Source: an uncultured Cryomorphaceae bacterium
Lineage (GTDB): Bacteria > Bacteroidota > Bacteroidia > Flavobacteriales > Schleiferiaceae
Length of the DNA stretch: 64,000 nucleotides
Direction of reading: 5' to 3'
Assembly (NCBI GenBank): GCA_913043285.1
Contig: CAJWML010000007.1
Location: forward strand, 43,955-107,954
The stretch's first letter is position 1; every line of letters starts with the position of its first letter. The position numbers and the translations under genes are program-made. Positions 1 through 9,256 of this stretch are shown here, one piece after another. The notes beneath the pieces are model-generated. The model was not told the DNA's origin and ran no database searches. It saw nothing but the letters and a program-made list of their open reading frames with translations.

Positions 1-542
1 TGGCCGAAGCCATTGAAGAACTGAAAGCCGGTGAGTTCAAAGAACTGTATGCCGAAGACCAGCAGAAGAAGGATTTTGTGGACGAAACCCTGTTGGATAC
101 CGACCTGGAGATCCTGATTCCGGATACCTACGTGAACAAGGTGGAAGAGCGCTTACGCTTGTACCAGACGCTGGATAGCCTGGACAACCCGGAACAGCTG
201 TATGAATTTGAGCAGGAACTGATTGACCGTTTTGGTCCGGCACCGGAAGAAGTGTACGAACTGCTCAACTCCGTTCGCCTGCGCTGGATGGGTAAGGAAA
301 TTGGTTTTGAAAAGATCGTGTTGAAACAAGAGCGGCTCATCGGTTACTTTGTATCGGATCCCGATTCACCTTTTTACCAAAGCGATAAGTTCCAGCGGGT
401 ATTGTATTTCCTGAAAGATCAGCCCAAGGCCCAGATGAAGGAGCGGAATAAAAAATTGTATCTCTCCTTCAGTGAAGTAAAAACGGTGAATGAAGCCATT
501 AAACTTTTGGAGCCGGTTCTTAAAAAGGAAGTTGTCTTCTGA
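1..542 (+). CDS. mfd: Transcription-repair coupling factor Mfd, C-terminal fragment (5' end lies outside the window)
   Basis: Frame 3 is open from nt 3 (AEAIEELKAGEFKELYAED...) and runs into listed ORF 78..542. The string LIPDTYV..ERLRLYQ...ELIDRFGP.PEEV..L is typical of the TRCF C-terminal domain. Confidence 0.8.
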   Translation, partial: AEAIEELKAGEFKELYAEDQQKKDFVDETLLDTDLEILIPDTYVNKVEERLRLYQTLDSLDNPEQLYEFEQELIDRFGPAPEEVYELLNSVRLRWMGKEIGFEKIVLKQERLIGYFVSDPDSPFYQSDKFQRVLYFLKDQPKAQMKERNKKLYLSFSEVKTVNEAIKLLEPVLKKEVVF

Positions 543-599
543 GCCAACTTGTTCAAGAAAATACGATAGGGTATTCTGGGATTGTAAAATTGGAAGGTT

Positions 600-1091
600 A
601 TGAAACCAAAACCAGTAAAGCTTAAGGTTCTTATCCGGCCTAAGACCTCATCCGGGGGCTATCCCCTTATTGAGGTGCCTCCTGGTATTGCCGATAACTT
701 CCTGGGTAGTTCAAACAAGAAACGGATGGTCGTCACCTTTGCAAATGGCTGGCAGGCCCACCGGGCTTTACAACGAAGTAAAAACGGTGAAACCTTCATT
801 CTTTTGGGAGGTAAAACTCTTAAGGAGGCCGGGTTAATACTGGGAGATGAAACTCAATTGACCTTGCAGGAGGACACCAGTAAATACGGTATGCCCATGC
901 CAGAGGAATTTCAGGAGGTGCTGAACCAGGATGAGGAAGGAAGGCAGCTTTTTGAGCAATTAAAGCCAGGCCTGCAGCGTAGTTTTTTGTATTACATCAA
1001 TACTGCTAAAATGGTGGATACCCGTATCAACCGTTCCCTGCAATTGATAGAAAGACTCAAGACCGGTGATCTTTCCAGAGGTAACCAGTAG
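600..1091 (+). CDS. YdeI/OmpD-associated family protein (DUF1905-like N-terminal part)
   Basis: 163 aa. The C-terminal FEQLKPGLQRSFLYYINTAKMVDTRINR pattern is typical of the YdeI family. Confidence 0.55.
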   Translation: MKPKPVKLKVLIRPKTSSGGYPLIEVPPGIADNFLGSSNKKRMVVTFANGWQAHRALQRSKNGETFILLGGKTLKEAGLILGDETQLTLQEDTSKYGMPMPEEFQEVLNQDEEGRQLFEQLKPGLQRSFLYYINTAKMVDTRINRSLQLIERLKTGDLSRGNQ

Positions 1092-1100
1092 TAATAAAAA

Positions 1101-1125
1101 AAGCCTCCCCTGAACGGAGAGGCTT
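1101..1125 (+). terminator. Hairpin after the ydeI-like gene
   Basis: AAGCCTC (1101-1107) pairs with GAGGCTT (1119-1125). It has an A-run before it and only a weak T-run after it. Confidence 0.4.
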
Positions 1126-1248
1126 CCAACTTTAACCTACAAAAACTAAACCTGCATTTGTACTCTACTCTGTGTCTATCTACGACATAATACGTTCCTT
1201 GGATCGATGAAAAAGGGAAAGGTTTAAAGTGGTAGGTGCCTTTTCCGG

Positions 1249-1285
1249 TTCACTCCCGTTTACTCCTCCTTCACTCCCATTTACT
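1249..1285 (+). repeat. Two 16-nt direct repeats phased 21 bp apart; candidate regulator binding sites
   Basis: TTCACTCCCGTTTACT (1249-1264) and TTCACTCCCATTTACT (1270-1285) are 15/16 identical. The proximal copy overlaps TACTTTTG (1282-1289), which matches TAnnTTTG. Confidence 0.6.
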
Positions 1286-1353
1286 TTTGGAGGCAGTACT
1301 TTAGCCCGTGCTTTGCTCCTGTAAAAATCAATCGGGAATAAAACCTGTCAACC

Positions 1354-3735
1354 ATGAAAATTAAATTATTCATTATCAGCTTTTTGTTTGGTGCTTTAGG
1401 ATATGCACAAACTGCTATTACCCAGAATATCCGTGGTCGTGTTATTGATCAGCAAAGCGAAACACCCCTCCCTGGGGTTAATGTACTGGTGCTGGAGGAG
1501 GGCACCAGCAAAGGTGCCGTAAGTGATGTGGACGGCTATTACGTTATTCAGGGCGTTCCGGTGGGCCGCGTTTCCCTGGGCTTTAGTTTTATGGGTTACG
1601 AACCGGTAACGGTACAGAATGTAGAGTTGTTAAGCTCCAAAGAGCTGGTGATTAACGTGAGCATGCGCGAGAATACGGAACAACTGGATGAAGTGGTAGT
1701 TACGGCTGACCAGCAGAAAGAACGCGTAAAGAACGAACGTGTAACCGTTTCGGGCCGCACCTTCTCCATTGAAGAAAGCCAGCGCTTTGCAGGAGCCCTG
1801 CAGGATGTTTCACGTATGGCCTCCAACTTTGCCGGGGTGCAACGCTCCAATGACTCGCAAAACGACATTGTGATCCGGGGTAACTCGCCCATTGGCCTTA
1901 TTTGGAGGATGGAAGGCATTGATATTCCCAACCCCAATCACTTTGGCGGGTTGGGAGCTACCGGTGGGCCGGTAAGCATGCTCAATAATAACGTACTGGC
2001 CAATTCCGACTTTCTAACGGGAGCTTTCCCATCAGAATACGGTGACGGGGTTTCCGGGGTTTTTGACCTCCAGATGCGCAATGGAAATTACGACAAACAT
2101 GAGTTTTTAGGGCAGATCGGTTTCAACGGCCTGGAAGCCGGGGCCGAAGGTCCTATAAACCGTGAGGCTAAGTCTTCCTACCTGATCAACTACCGCTATT
2201 CTACGTTAGGAGTGATGTCAGCCATGGGTATTGATTTCGGCACGGGAACAGCGGTTCCCTATTACCAGGACCTGAGCATGAAGCTGCATTTTCCGAGTAG
2301 TAAAAAGGGAACGATAGATGTTTTTGCGCTGGGTGGCATTAGTTCCATTGATTTCCTGGACAGTGAGTCCGAAGAGAGTGACGGAGGCTTTTACAGTGAT
2401 GATCAGGATCTGCGCAACCGCGTCCGTACCGGAGTGCTGGGGGCATCGCACCAATATTTTTATAATAAAGACCTGTACTCCAAAGTAACCGTAGCCGCTA
2501 CTACCATTGGTAACTTTACTTCGGTGGATACCATCAGTTCAGATGGAAAACTGATCACACCTGTTTACCGTCAGGAATTCGTGCAGAATGATATCCAGTT
2601 GAGTGCGCTGGTGAATAAAAAGTTCAATGCACGAAACGTAGTACGGGTGGGTAGTTTTGTAACCTTCAAGAATTACAATTTACTGGACAGTACCTATGAT
2701 TCTGATCTCAATGCTTTCCGCGACCTGAGGAACCATCAGGAAAATGATATGCTCTACCAGCCTTATGTAAATTGGCAACATCGCTTTAATGAGAAATGGG
2801 AAGCCAACCTGGGTGTACACAGCATGTTCCTGCAGTCCAATTCCAATTACAGCATTGAACCACGTTTTGGGCTTACATACCGCCTCCGGGAAGGCCAGAG
2901 TCTTAATTTTGGCTACGGACTGCATAGCCAGATCGCACCCGTGGTTATTCTCTACGAGCAGATACGCCTGCCGGACGGTAGCTATATCCAACCTAATGAA
3001 GACCTGGATTTTACCAAAAGTCACCATTTTGTGCTTGGTTATGACCGTATGTTTGCCAACCGCATACACTTTAAAGCGGAAACTTACTATCAATACGTAT
3101 ACGATGCCGTTATTGAACAGCATCCCGGTTCATTCTCCAGCCTCAATGCCGGGGGCTTTAACTTCGGGGCCCCGGATTCGGTTAAAAATGGGGGCCGTGG
3201 TTATAATTATGGTTTAGATCTCACCCTGGAAAAATTCCTGGATAAAGGCTTTTATTTCTTAACCACCCTCTCTTTGTATGAGTCACAATACCGCGGTAGT
3301 GATGGCATTTGGCGGAATACGGCCTTTAACGGGAACTACGTTTACAATCTTTTAGGAGGTAAAGAATTTGTGCTGGGCAAAAGCAAGACCGAGCGCAGAA
3401 AGCGAAAAACGATAACGGTGGACGCCAAACTCACCTATGCCGGTGGACAGCGCTACACGCCCCTTGATCTGCCAGCCTCCATTGCCAAAGACGAAGAAGT
3501 GTACGATGAAAGTCGCGCTTTTGGCGAGCAGTATGACCCTTATTTCAGAACGGATATACGGATTGGCTATAAGCTTTCGGGTAAAAAGGTGACCCAGGAA
3601 TGGGCGTTGGATGTACAGAATGTGACCAACCACCAGAACCCTTTTGGCCAGGATTACGATGCTGAAGCGCAGGAGGCTATAACTACCTACCAGCTTGGTC
3701 TCTTTCCCATGGTATTGTATCGTATAACCTTTTAA
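1354..3735 (+). CDS. TonB-dependent receptor with an N-terminal carboxypeptidase-regulatory-like domain
   Basis: 793 aa. Signal peptide ending YAQ, then GRVIDQQSETPLPGVNVLV (CarbopepD_reg pattern), plug-like region and a C-terminal beta-barrel ending ...LYRITF. Confidence 0.85.
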   Translation: MKIKLFIISFLFGALGYAQTAITQNIRGRVIDQQSETPLPGVNVLVLEEGTSKGAVSDVDGYYVIQGVPVGRVSLGFSFMGYEPVTVQNVELLSSKELVINVSMRENTEQLDEVVVTADQQKERVKNERVTVSGRTFSIEESQRFAGALQDVSRMASNFAGVQRSNDSQNDIVIRGNSPIGLIWRMEGIDIPNPNHFGGLGATGGPVSMLNNNVLANSDFLTGAFPSEYGDGVSGVFDLQMRNGNYDKHEFLGQIGFNGLEAGAEGPINREAKSSYLINYRYSTLGVMSAMGIDFGTGTAVPYYQDLSMKLHFPSSKKGTIDVFALGGISSIDFLDSESEESDGGFYSDDQDLRNRVRTGVLGASHQYFYNKDLYSKVTVAATTIGNFTSVDTISSDGKLITPVYRQEFVQNDIQLSALVNKKFNARNVVRVGSFVTFKNYNLLDSTYDSDLNAFRDLRNHQENDMLYQPYVNWQHRFNEKWEANLGVHSMFLQSNSNYSIEPRFGLTYRLREGQSLNFGYGLHSQIAPVVILYEQIRLPDGSYIQPNEDLDFTKSHHFVLGYDRMFANRIHFKAETYYQYVYDAVIEQHPGSFSSLNAGGFNFGAPDSVKNGGRGYNYGLDLTLEKFLDKGFYFLTTLSLYESQYRGSDGIWRNTAFNGNYVYNLLGGKEFVLGKSKTERRKRKTITVDAKLTYAGGQRYTPLDLPASIAKDEEVYDESRAFGEQYDPYFRTDIRIGYKLSGKKVTQEWALDVQNVTNHQNPFGQDYDAEAQEAITTYQLGLFPMVLYRITF

Positions 3736-3746
3736 AACGGAGTAAG

Positions 3747-4103
3747 ATGTATTGCAGTTACACGCATTTCAGAGTAGAGAAGTGGTGGGCGGTTCCTTTA
3801 TTCCAATGGCATGCCTTCCGCTCGGTTAACCAAGTAAACAGCACCAAAGGCCTGGTAAAAATGGAGGTTTGGCCCAGTGATTTACGTAATTATCATACGC
3901 TCACTACTTGGATGGAAAAAAAGGATATGCTGGCCTTCCGCAATTCCGGGGCTCACCTCAAAGCTATGAAGCTTAGTTCCAGGATGGGTAGAGGTTATGC
4001 TGTGGGCTGGGAGAGTTCACAGTTACCTACACGCCAGGAGGCGAAACAGCATCTTGAGGATAAGATGAAAAAAGGCGATCTTTCCGCATGGCTAAGCGCT
4101 TAA
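3747..4103 (+). CDS. Small ABM/DUF3291-like protein
   Basis: 118 aa. Starts 12 nt after the receptor stop and overlaps the kinase start. The pattern HTLTTWMEKKDMLAFRNSGAHLKAM resembles DUF3291/ABM-fold proteins. Confidence 0.35.
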   Translation: MYCSYTHFRVEKWWAVPLFQWHAFRSVNQVNSTKGLVKMEVWPSDLRNYHTLTTWMEKKDMLAFRNSGAHLKAMKLSSRMGRGYAVGWESSQLPTRQEAKQHLEDKMKKGDLSAWLSA

Positions 4104-5143
4104 ATCCCCGGGTGGGAGAATTCCTGTTAGTGGTTGGTATCGCTACGGTACCAACGCTGCTTTCCCTCATGCGCTATTACGTAGGCTCCCCGGCAGGGCC
4201 TGATGAGATGAGCCTGAATTATTGCTCGGTTTCTTTCATCTACTCCTTTCTTGTAACCGGGAGCCTGTATTACGGTTGTAGTTTTATCTTTATGGGGTTT
4301 AGCCGTAAAATGCCATGGAACAAGTATGGTTTAAAGCGATTACTTCCGGAGATACTGGTGATATTCACCTATACCACCATTATGCAGTTTCTCATTATCA
4401 CGGCCTTTAGTAAAACCTCGCTTTTTGAAGAAAAGGAACTTACCCCTTATTTTTATTTTGAGAATATCTTCTTCGGGAATACGGTAACGCTGATCGTGAT
4501 GGCTATTGTGGAAGGGGTTTATCTTTTCAGGGCCTGGAAGGAAGCACTGGTGAATGAGGAAAAGCTCAAGACCCAAAGCTTGAAAAGCCAGTTCGATTCT
4601 CTGAAAGGTCAGCTGGATCCGCACTTTTTGTTCAATAGCCTCAACGTGCTTTCTTCACTGGTAGAAAAGGATCCTGCTAAAGCACAGCACTTTATTGATG
4701 ATTTTGCCAGGGTATACCGCTATGTGCTGGAAGTAAAGGATGAGATGGTAGTGCCTCTGCAACGGGAACTGCACGTTCTGGAAAGTTACCTCAACCTTCA
4801 GAAGATACGTTTTGCGGAAGGCATACAGGTGAAGCGCAAGATAGCGGCAGAGCACCTGGATCTGTATGTGCCTCCGCTGAGTTTACAGGAACTGGTGAGC
4901 AACGCCATCAAACACAATGAGGCTTCGCAAAGCAAGCCTCTTCTCATAGAGATCAGTAGTGAAGGTGATCATATCGTGGTGAGCAATAACCTGCAGCTGC
5001 GGGGGGAAAAAGCCCCCTCTACCGGTACTGGGTTGGAAAACCTGCAGGCACGCTACCGCTTGTTGACCTCCAGGAAGACACATTTCCGTATTTTGGATGA
5101 TCATTACCGGGCGGAGATCCCCCTTATCGAATCAGAACAATGA
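4088..5143 (+). CDS. Sensor histidine kinase, LytS/YehU type (His_kinase PF06580-like)
   Basis: N-terminal membrane helices. The LKSQFDSLKGQLDPHFLFNSLNVLSSLV signature is followed by an ATPase region (SNAIKHN...GTGLENL). Confidence 0.85.
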   Translation: MAKRLNPRVGEFLLVVGIATVPTLLSLMRYYVGSPAGPDEMSLNYCSVSFIYSFLVTGSLYYGCSFIFMGFSRKMPWNKYGLKRLLPEILVIFTYTTIMQFLIITAFSKTSLFEEKELTPYFYFENIFFGNTVTLIVMAIVEGVYLFRAWKEALVNEEKLKTQSLKSQFDSLKGQLDPHFLFNSLNVLSSLVEKDPAKAQHFIDDFARVYRYVLEVKDEMVVPLQRELHVLESYLNLQKIRFAEGIQVKRKIAAEHLDLYVPPLSLQELVSNAIKHNEASQSKPLLIEISSEGDHIVVSNNLQLRGEKAPSTGTGLENLQARYRLLTSRKTHFRILDDHYRAEIPLIESEQ

Positions 5144-5883
5144 AGTACCTGGTTATAGAAGATGAGCCTTTGGCAGCTGAAAAGCTGGTGCGCAATGTGC
5201 AGCGCAAACGTCCCGCCTGGGAACATCTGCATACCGTAGGGACCGTTCGTGAGGCGGTGCAGGAACTGTTAAAGGTAATGCCCGATTTCCTGTTCCTGGA
5301 TATTCATCTTTCGGACGGTATTTCCTTCCAGATCTTTGACCAGGTAGAAGTGCAATGCCCGGTCATTTTTACTACGGCTTATGACCAGTATGCCCTGCGG
5401 GCCTTTAAGGTGAATAGCATTGATTATTTACTGAAACCCCTGGTGGAAAGTGACCTGGACCGCGCCCTGCAGAAACTGGAAAGCCGCCCCCTCGCACCTC
5501 AGGCGGACTGGAAACAACTGGAAACGGAGTTGAGGCCCCGTTACAAAGACCGTTTCCTGGTCAGTACGGGTGAACGTATCCGTAGTTTACAGGAAGATGA
5601 AGTGGCGTTTTTCTTTGCCCAGGGAAAGCACTCCTTTATCACCGATGTATCCGGTAACCAATATCTCTATGATCAAACCCTTACTGCTATTTCGGAACAA
5701 CTGGATCCACGGAAATTTTTCCAGATCAACCGGCAGTATGTGATCCATATCAATAGCATCCGTGAAATGATACCTTATTCCAAGGGCCGGCTGAAACTGG
5801 TAATGGAACCTGCTACTCCGGAGGATGCCATCGTAAGCGTGGATAAGTCACCCCGGTTTAAAGGCTGGGTGGCCGGGGAGTAA
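5140..5883 (+). CDS. LytTR-family response regulator
   Basis: Receiver motifs (VIEDEP, FLDIHL, DYLLKP) plus a C-terminal LytTR-like region (FFQINRQYVIHINSI). Start overlaps the kinase stop (ATGA). Confidence 0.9.
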   Translation: MKYLVIEDEPLAAEKLVRNVQRKRPAWEHLHTVGTVREAVQELLKVMPDFLFLDIHLSDGISFQIFDQVEVQCPVIFTTAYDQYALRAFKVNSIDYLLKPLVESDLDRALQKLESRPLAPQADWKQLETELRPRYKDRFLVSTGERIRSLQEDEVAFFFAQGKHSFITDVSGNQYLYDQTLTAISEQLDPRKFFQINRQYVIHINSIREMIPYSKGRLKLVMEPATPEDAIVSVDKSPRFKGWVAGE

Positions 5884-5885
5884 GC

Positions 5886-7142
5886 CTAGCTTATTGCCGT
5901 AAGTGCTCGTTTTAAATCGTCTATAAGATCGTCACTATGTTCCACGCCTACTGACAAACGAACCAGTTTGTCGGTAATACCCAGCTCCTGCCGGAGTTCA
6001 GGGTCTACTCCTGCGTGGGTCATGGAAGCAGGGTGCTGGGCCAGTGATTCCGTGCTGCCCAGGCTCACCGCCAGGCGGATGAGTTTGAGATTGTTCAGGA
6101 AGCGGAAAGCTTCTTTTTCGCCTCCTTTTACATCAAAAGAAAGCATGGCCCCGGCAGAAGTACACTGCCGCTGGAATATTTCCTGGTTGCGCTCATCATC
6201 TGCCGGTAAAGAGCCGAGGTAGTAAATACGTTCAATAGCGGGGTGACCCTCCAGGAATTCAGCGATCTTAGCGGCATTGGTCGCCTGTTTTTCCATGCGC
6301 ACTTTCAGGGTTTCCAGGCTTCGCATCAATAACCAACCCGTCCACGGGCCGGCCATATTCCCCAAAAAGGTGCGCAGGGCTTTTACTCTTTGCATTAACC
6401 CGGCACTACCTAAACAGGCACCGGCAATTACATCACTGTGGCCGCCAATGTACTTGGTGGCGGAGTAGATGACCAGGTCAGCGCCATGTTTCAGCGGGTG
6501 TTGCCACAGGGGCCCCATATAGGTGTTATCCACGGTAAGCAGCACCTTATGATCATCATGGCTGTATTTTCTTGCCAGGTTGCTGCAGGAGCGCAGGTCT
6601 ATGAGATCATTGGTTGGGTTTGCGGGGGTTTCTACGTAGATCATGGCCAGGCGGTCACCGTGCCCGCTATCCTGGATGATCTGTTCGATCTCCTCCTGGC
6701 TTTGGCCGGTTTTAAAACCTACTACATGAATGCCGAATTTGGTCAGTACTTGTTTAATAAAGTGGTCCGTGCCACCGTATACCGGGTTGCTGTACAACAA
6801 CAGGTCACCGGGTTGCAGGAATTCCATCAGTACCGTAGAGATGGCAGACATTCCGCTTTCAAATACCGCACAATCATCCGCGCCATCCCACAGGCATAGC
6901 CGATTTTCGAGTATTTCAAGGTCCGGGTTGTTCAGGCGGCTGTAAATGAGTCCAAGCTCTTCATGTTCATCCTTTTCCCGCAATCCATAAGCCACTTCAA
7001 AAAATGCTTTTCCCTCTTCAGCGGTTTTAAAAACAAAGGTTGATGTTTGAAAAATCGGGCATTTGATGGAACCCTCGGAAAGTTCCGGCTTATAGCCGTA
7101 AGACATCATTAAACTTTCGGGGTGCATTTTTTTGTGATCCAT
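5886..7142 (-). CDS. Cys/Met-metabolism PLP enzyme (methionine gamma-lyase / cystathionine lyase-synthase family)
   Basis: 418 aa. YSATKYIGGHSDVIAG contains the PLP lysine motif. Also YSRLNNP and ETPANPT motifs. Confidence 0.8.
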   Translation of the reverse strand: MDHKKMHPESLMMSYGYKPELSEGSIKCPIFQTSTFVFKTAEEGKAFFEVAYGLREKDEHEELGLIYSRLNNPDLEILENRLCLWDGADDCAVFESGMSAISTVLMEFLQPGDLLLYSNPVYGGTDHFIKQVLTKFGIHVVGFKTGQSQEEIEQIIQDSGHGDRLAMIYVETPANPTNDLIDLRSCSNLARKYSHDDHKVLLTVDNTYMGPLWQHPLKHGADLVIYSATKYIGGHSDVIAGACLGSAGLMQRVKALRTFLGNMAGPWTGWLLMRSLETLKVRMEKQATNAAKIAEFLEGHPAIERIYYLGSLPADDERNQEIFQRQCTSAGAMLSFDVKGGEKEAFRFLNNLKLIRLAVSLGSTESLAQHPASMTHAGVDPELRQELGITDKLVRLSVGVEHSDDLIDDLKRALTAIS

Positions 7143-7151
7143 GAGATTGAA

Positions 7152-7883
7152 TTAAATATTGAGCGTTTCTTTAAGTCTTTGATACCCAGTCCTGCTTACC
7201 GGGATATAGGTTCCGTCTTTGAGGCGCGCAATATGGCTATTCTTATGGTAAGGATCAATTCTTTCGAGGTAAGAAATGTTAAGAAGGTGAGTGCGGTGGA
7301 TGCGGGCAAATACTTCTTTGCTTAACGTATCTTCAAAATGTTGCAGGGTTTTCTTTTTCATAAAATTCCCTTCCCGGCTATAGATCTTCACATAATCGCC
7401 ATCGGCTTCCAGGCGGATAATATCTTTTACCGGGATAATTCGTACCTGGCCACTGTCTTTCAAAACGATGCGATTGGGTTGGCTACCGGGATTCTGAGCA
7501 GCCAGTTGCTGTATGTTTTTATGTTCTGCAGGCTGGTGTTCCAGAAATTTGTTGATGGCTTTTTCAAAACGTTCTTTTGAAAAGGGCTTAAGCAGGTAAT
7601 CCACCGCATTGGCCTCAAAGGCCTTTAAAGCATATTCATCAAAGGCGGTGGTAAAGATTATAGCCGGAGGATCCTCCAGCAGTTCCAATAACTCAAAGCC
7701 ACTGATCTTCGGCATCTGTACGTCCAAAAAAATAAGATCCGGTTGATGTTCCTGAATGGCTTTCATGCCCTGGAAACCATCGTGGCAACGGCTCACTACC
7801 TGTAATTGCGGAAAGTCCTGCAGGTACTCAGCTACCAGGTCACAGGCCAGCGGTTCATCATCTATCAGTATGGTTTTGATCAT
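7152..7883 (-). CDS. LytTR-family response regulator
   Basis: Receiver motifs (LIDDEP, FLDVQMP, DYLLKP) plus a LytTR region (FARIHRTHLLNISYL). Confidence 0.9.
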   Translation of the reverse strand: MIKTILIDDEPLACDLVAEYLQDFPQLQVVSRCHDGFQGMKAIQEHQPDLIFLDVQMPKISGFELLELLEDPPAIIFTTAFDEYALKAFEANAVDYLLKPFSKERFEKAINKFLEHQPAEHKNIQQLAAQNPGSQPNRIVLKDSGQVRIIPVKDIIRLEADGDYVKIYSREGNFMKKKTLQHFEDTLSKEVFARIHRTHLLNISYLERIDPYHKNSHIARLKDGTYIPVSRTGYQRLKETLNI

Positions 7884-8917
7884 AGTGTTTTAGGGATTTT
7901 AACCTTGGCTGTAAACCGTTTTTCATCTTTATGGAATTCCAGGAGATCCTTGCGTCCGTATAAAAGAAACAGTCTCCGTTCAATGGATTTGAGCCCAAAG
8001 CCCGTACCGGCCGGGGGCTCCATATCCTGATCGTAGGGGTTTGCAATAACCAACTCCAAATGATTGTCCTGAATCCTGGAAGTAAGTACGATCTCTATAT
8101 TCTCGGTAGTTCCATAAACCCCGAATTTAATGGCGTTCTCCAAAAGGGGCTGCAGGATTAGAGGAGGTATCTGCCAGGAGGTGGCGGTGTCATCCAGGTG
8201 CATCCGTATTTGCAAACGGTGCCCAAAGCGAACCTGCTCAATATCCAGGTATAACTTAAGATAGAGTAATTCATCCTGCAAGGGTACCAGCCTTTGATCT
8301 TCTCTTCTGATGGTTCCTCTAAGGAAATCCGAAAGCTGTTGTACCATATTGCGGGCTTCCTGGGGCCGGCTGCCAATGAGGGCATTGATGGAGTTGAGGC
8401 TGTTGAACAAAAAATGAGGTTGCAACTGCTGGCGTAGTTTAAAAAGCTCTGCTTCGCGGGCAATGCGTTCCGTTTCCTCCTTTCTGCGCTGGGCATCTTC
8501 CTTTTCACCCAGGCGGTACCACAGCAGGCTCATTAAGGTTACTCCCACCAATATCAGGAAGAAAACGGTATAGCGGTAAACCGCCCAATTCTGTATGAAA
8601 GCACTATACTCCGGGTTGTTGATGGTCCAGCTGCATAGATGATCGGCAACTGGCAAACCTATTAAAGTAAGCATGGCGGGCGCTAGTATGCTTAGAATGC
8701 CTTTTCCGTACGAAGGATGGTAATAGGAAAGAGTATTGGCAATAAAGTAAGCAAGGGTTGCCAGTACCAGCCAGTGGACACTGGCATCCGTAAGGGCCCA
8801 GGCAAAGCGCAGGTGCAGAAAATGAGTAAGGGCCCAAACCTGTACACCCGCTAAAACAATGAGCCCCAGGCTCACATACATAAGGTTTTGGCGATATAAA
8901 AGTGGGTTCAGTATCAA
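7880..8917 (-). CDS. Sensor histidine kinase, LytS/YehU type
   Basis: Multi-pass N-terminus. LFKLRQQLQPHFLFNSLNSINALI signature. ATPase region LENAIKF...GTGFGLKS. Confidence 0.85.
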   Translation of the reverse strand: MILNPLLYRQNLMYVSLGLIVLAGVQVWALTHFLHLRFAWALTDASVHWLVLATLAYFIANTLSYYHPSYGKGILSILAPAMLTLIGLPVADHLCSWTINNPEYSAFIQNWAVYRYTVFFLILVGVTLMSLLWYRLGEKEDAQRRKEETERIAREAELFKLRQQLQPHFLFNSLNSINALIGSRPQEARNMVQQLSDFLRGTIRREDQRLVPLQDELLYLKLYLDIEQVRFGHRLQIRMHLDDTATSWQIPPLILQPLLENAIKFGVYGTTENIEIVLTSRIQDNHLELVIANPYDQDMEPPAGTGFGLKSIERRLFLLYGRKDLLEFHKDEKRFTAKVKIPKTL

Positions 8918-8939
8918 GCCACAGGAGGTTTGCTATCCA

Positions 8940-9254
8940 CTAATTTAGGTTTATCCGGTGAGCTCGTAAAAGAGCTTCTTCACTTTCCTCTGATTCAATG
9001 GTGCGGCTATCCATTTGGATGAGTCCGTTTTGGAATCGTAAGGGACGTAAATCGGTTATTTTTTCAAAGATCCAGTGGATGAGTTGTCCGCGAATATTGG
9101 TGAAGGTCTCACTTTCTTCTGCACCATAATCCTCCAGGCGCTGGCGGGCTTCTTCCGCAGAGGAAGCTTCTATCAGCATCAGTTGTTCATCAAAATCTGC
9201 CTGGTTATTCTCTTTAAGGATCCGGAAGAGGACCCTGGCCTTGTAAAGTATCAT
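8940..9254 (-). CDS. Small cytoplasmic protein, DUF4288-like
   Basis: 104 aa. Tightly packed between the LiaF-like gene and the kinase. Family assignment is from memory only. Confidence 0.3.
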   Translation of the reverse strand: MILYKARVLFRILKENNQADFDEQLMLIEASSAEEARQRLEDYGAEESETFTNIRGQLIHWIFEKITDLRPLRFQNGLIQMDSRTIESEESEEALLRAHRINLN

Positions 9255-9256
9255 AA

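Noticed and set aside
1092-1353. Cobalamin or another riboswitch upstream of the TonB-dependent receptor
   Set aside because: AAAAAGGGAAAGG superficially resembles the start of a B12 element. There is no B12 box (GCCACTG-type), no GGTG..AA..CC segment, and the leader is too short. The direct repeats are a better explanation.
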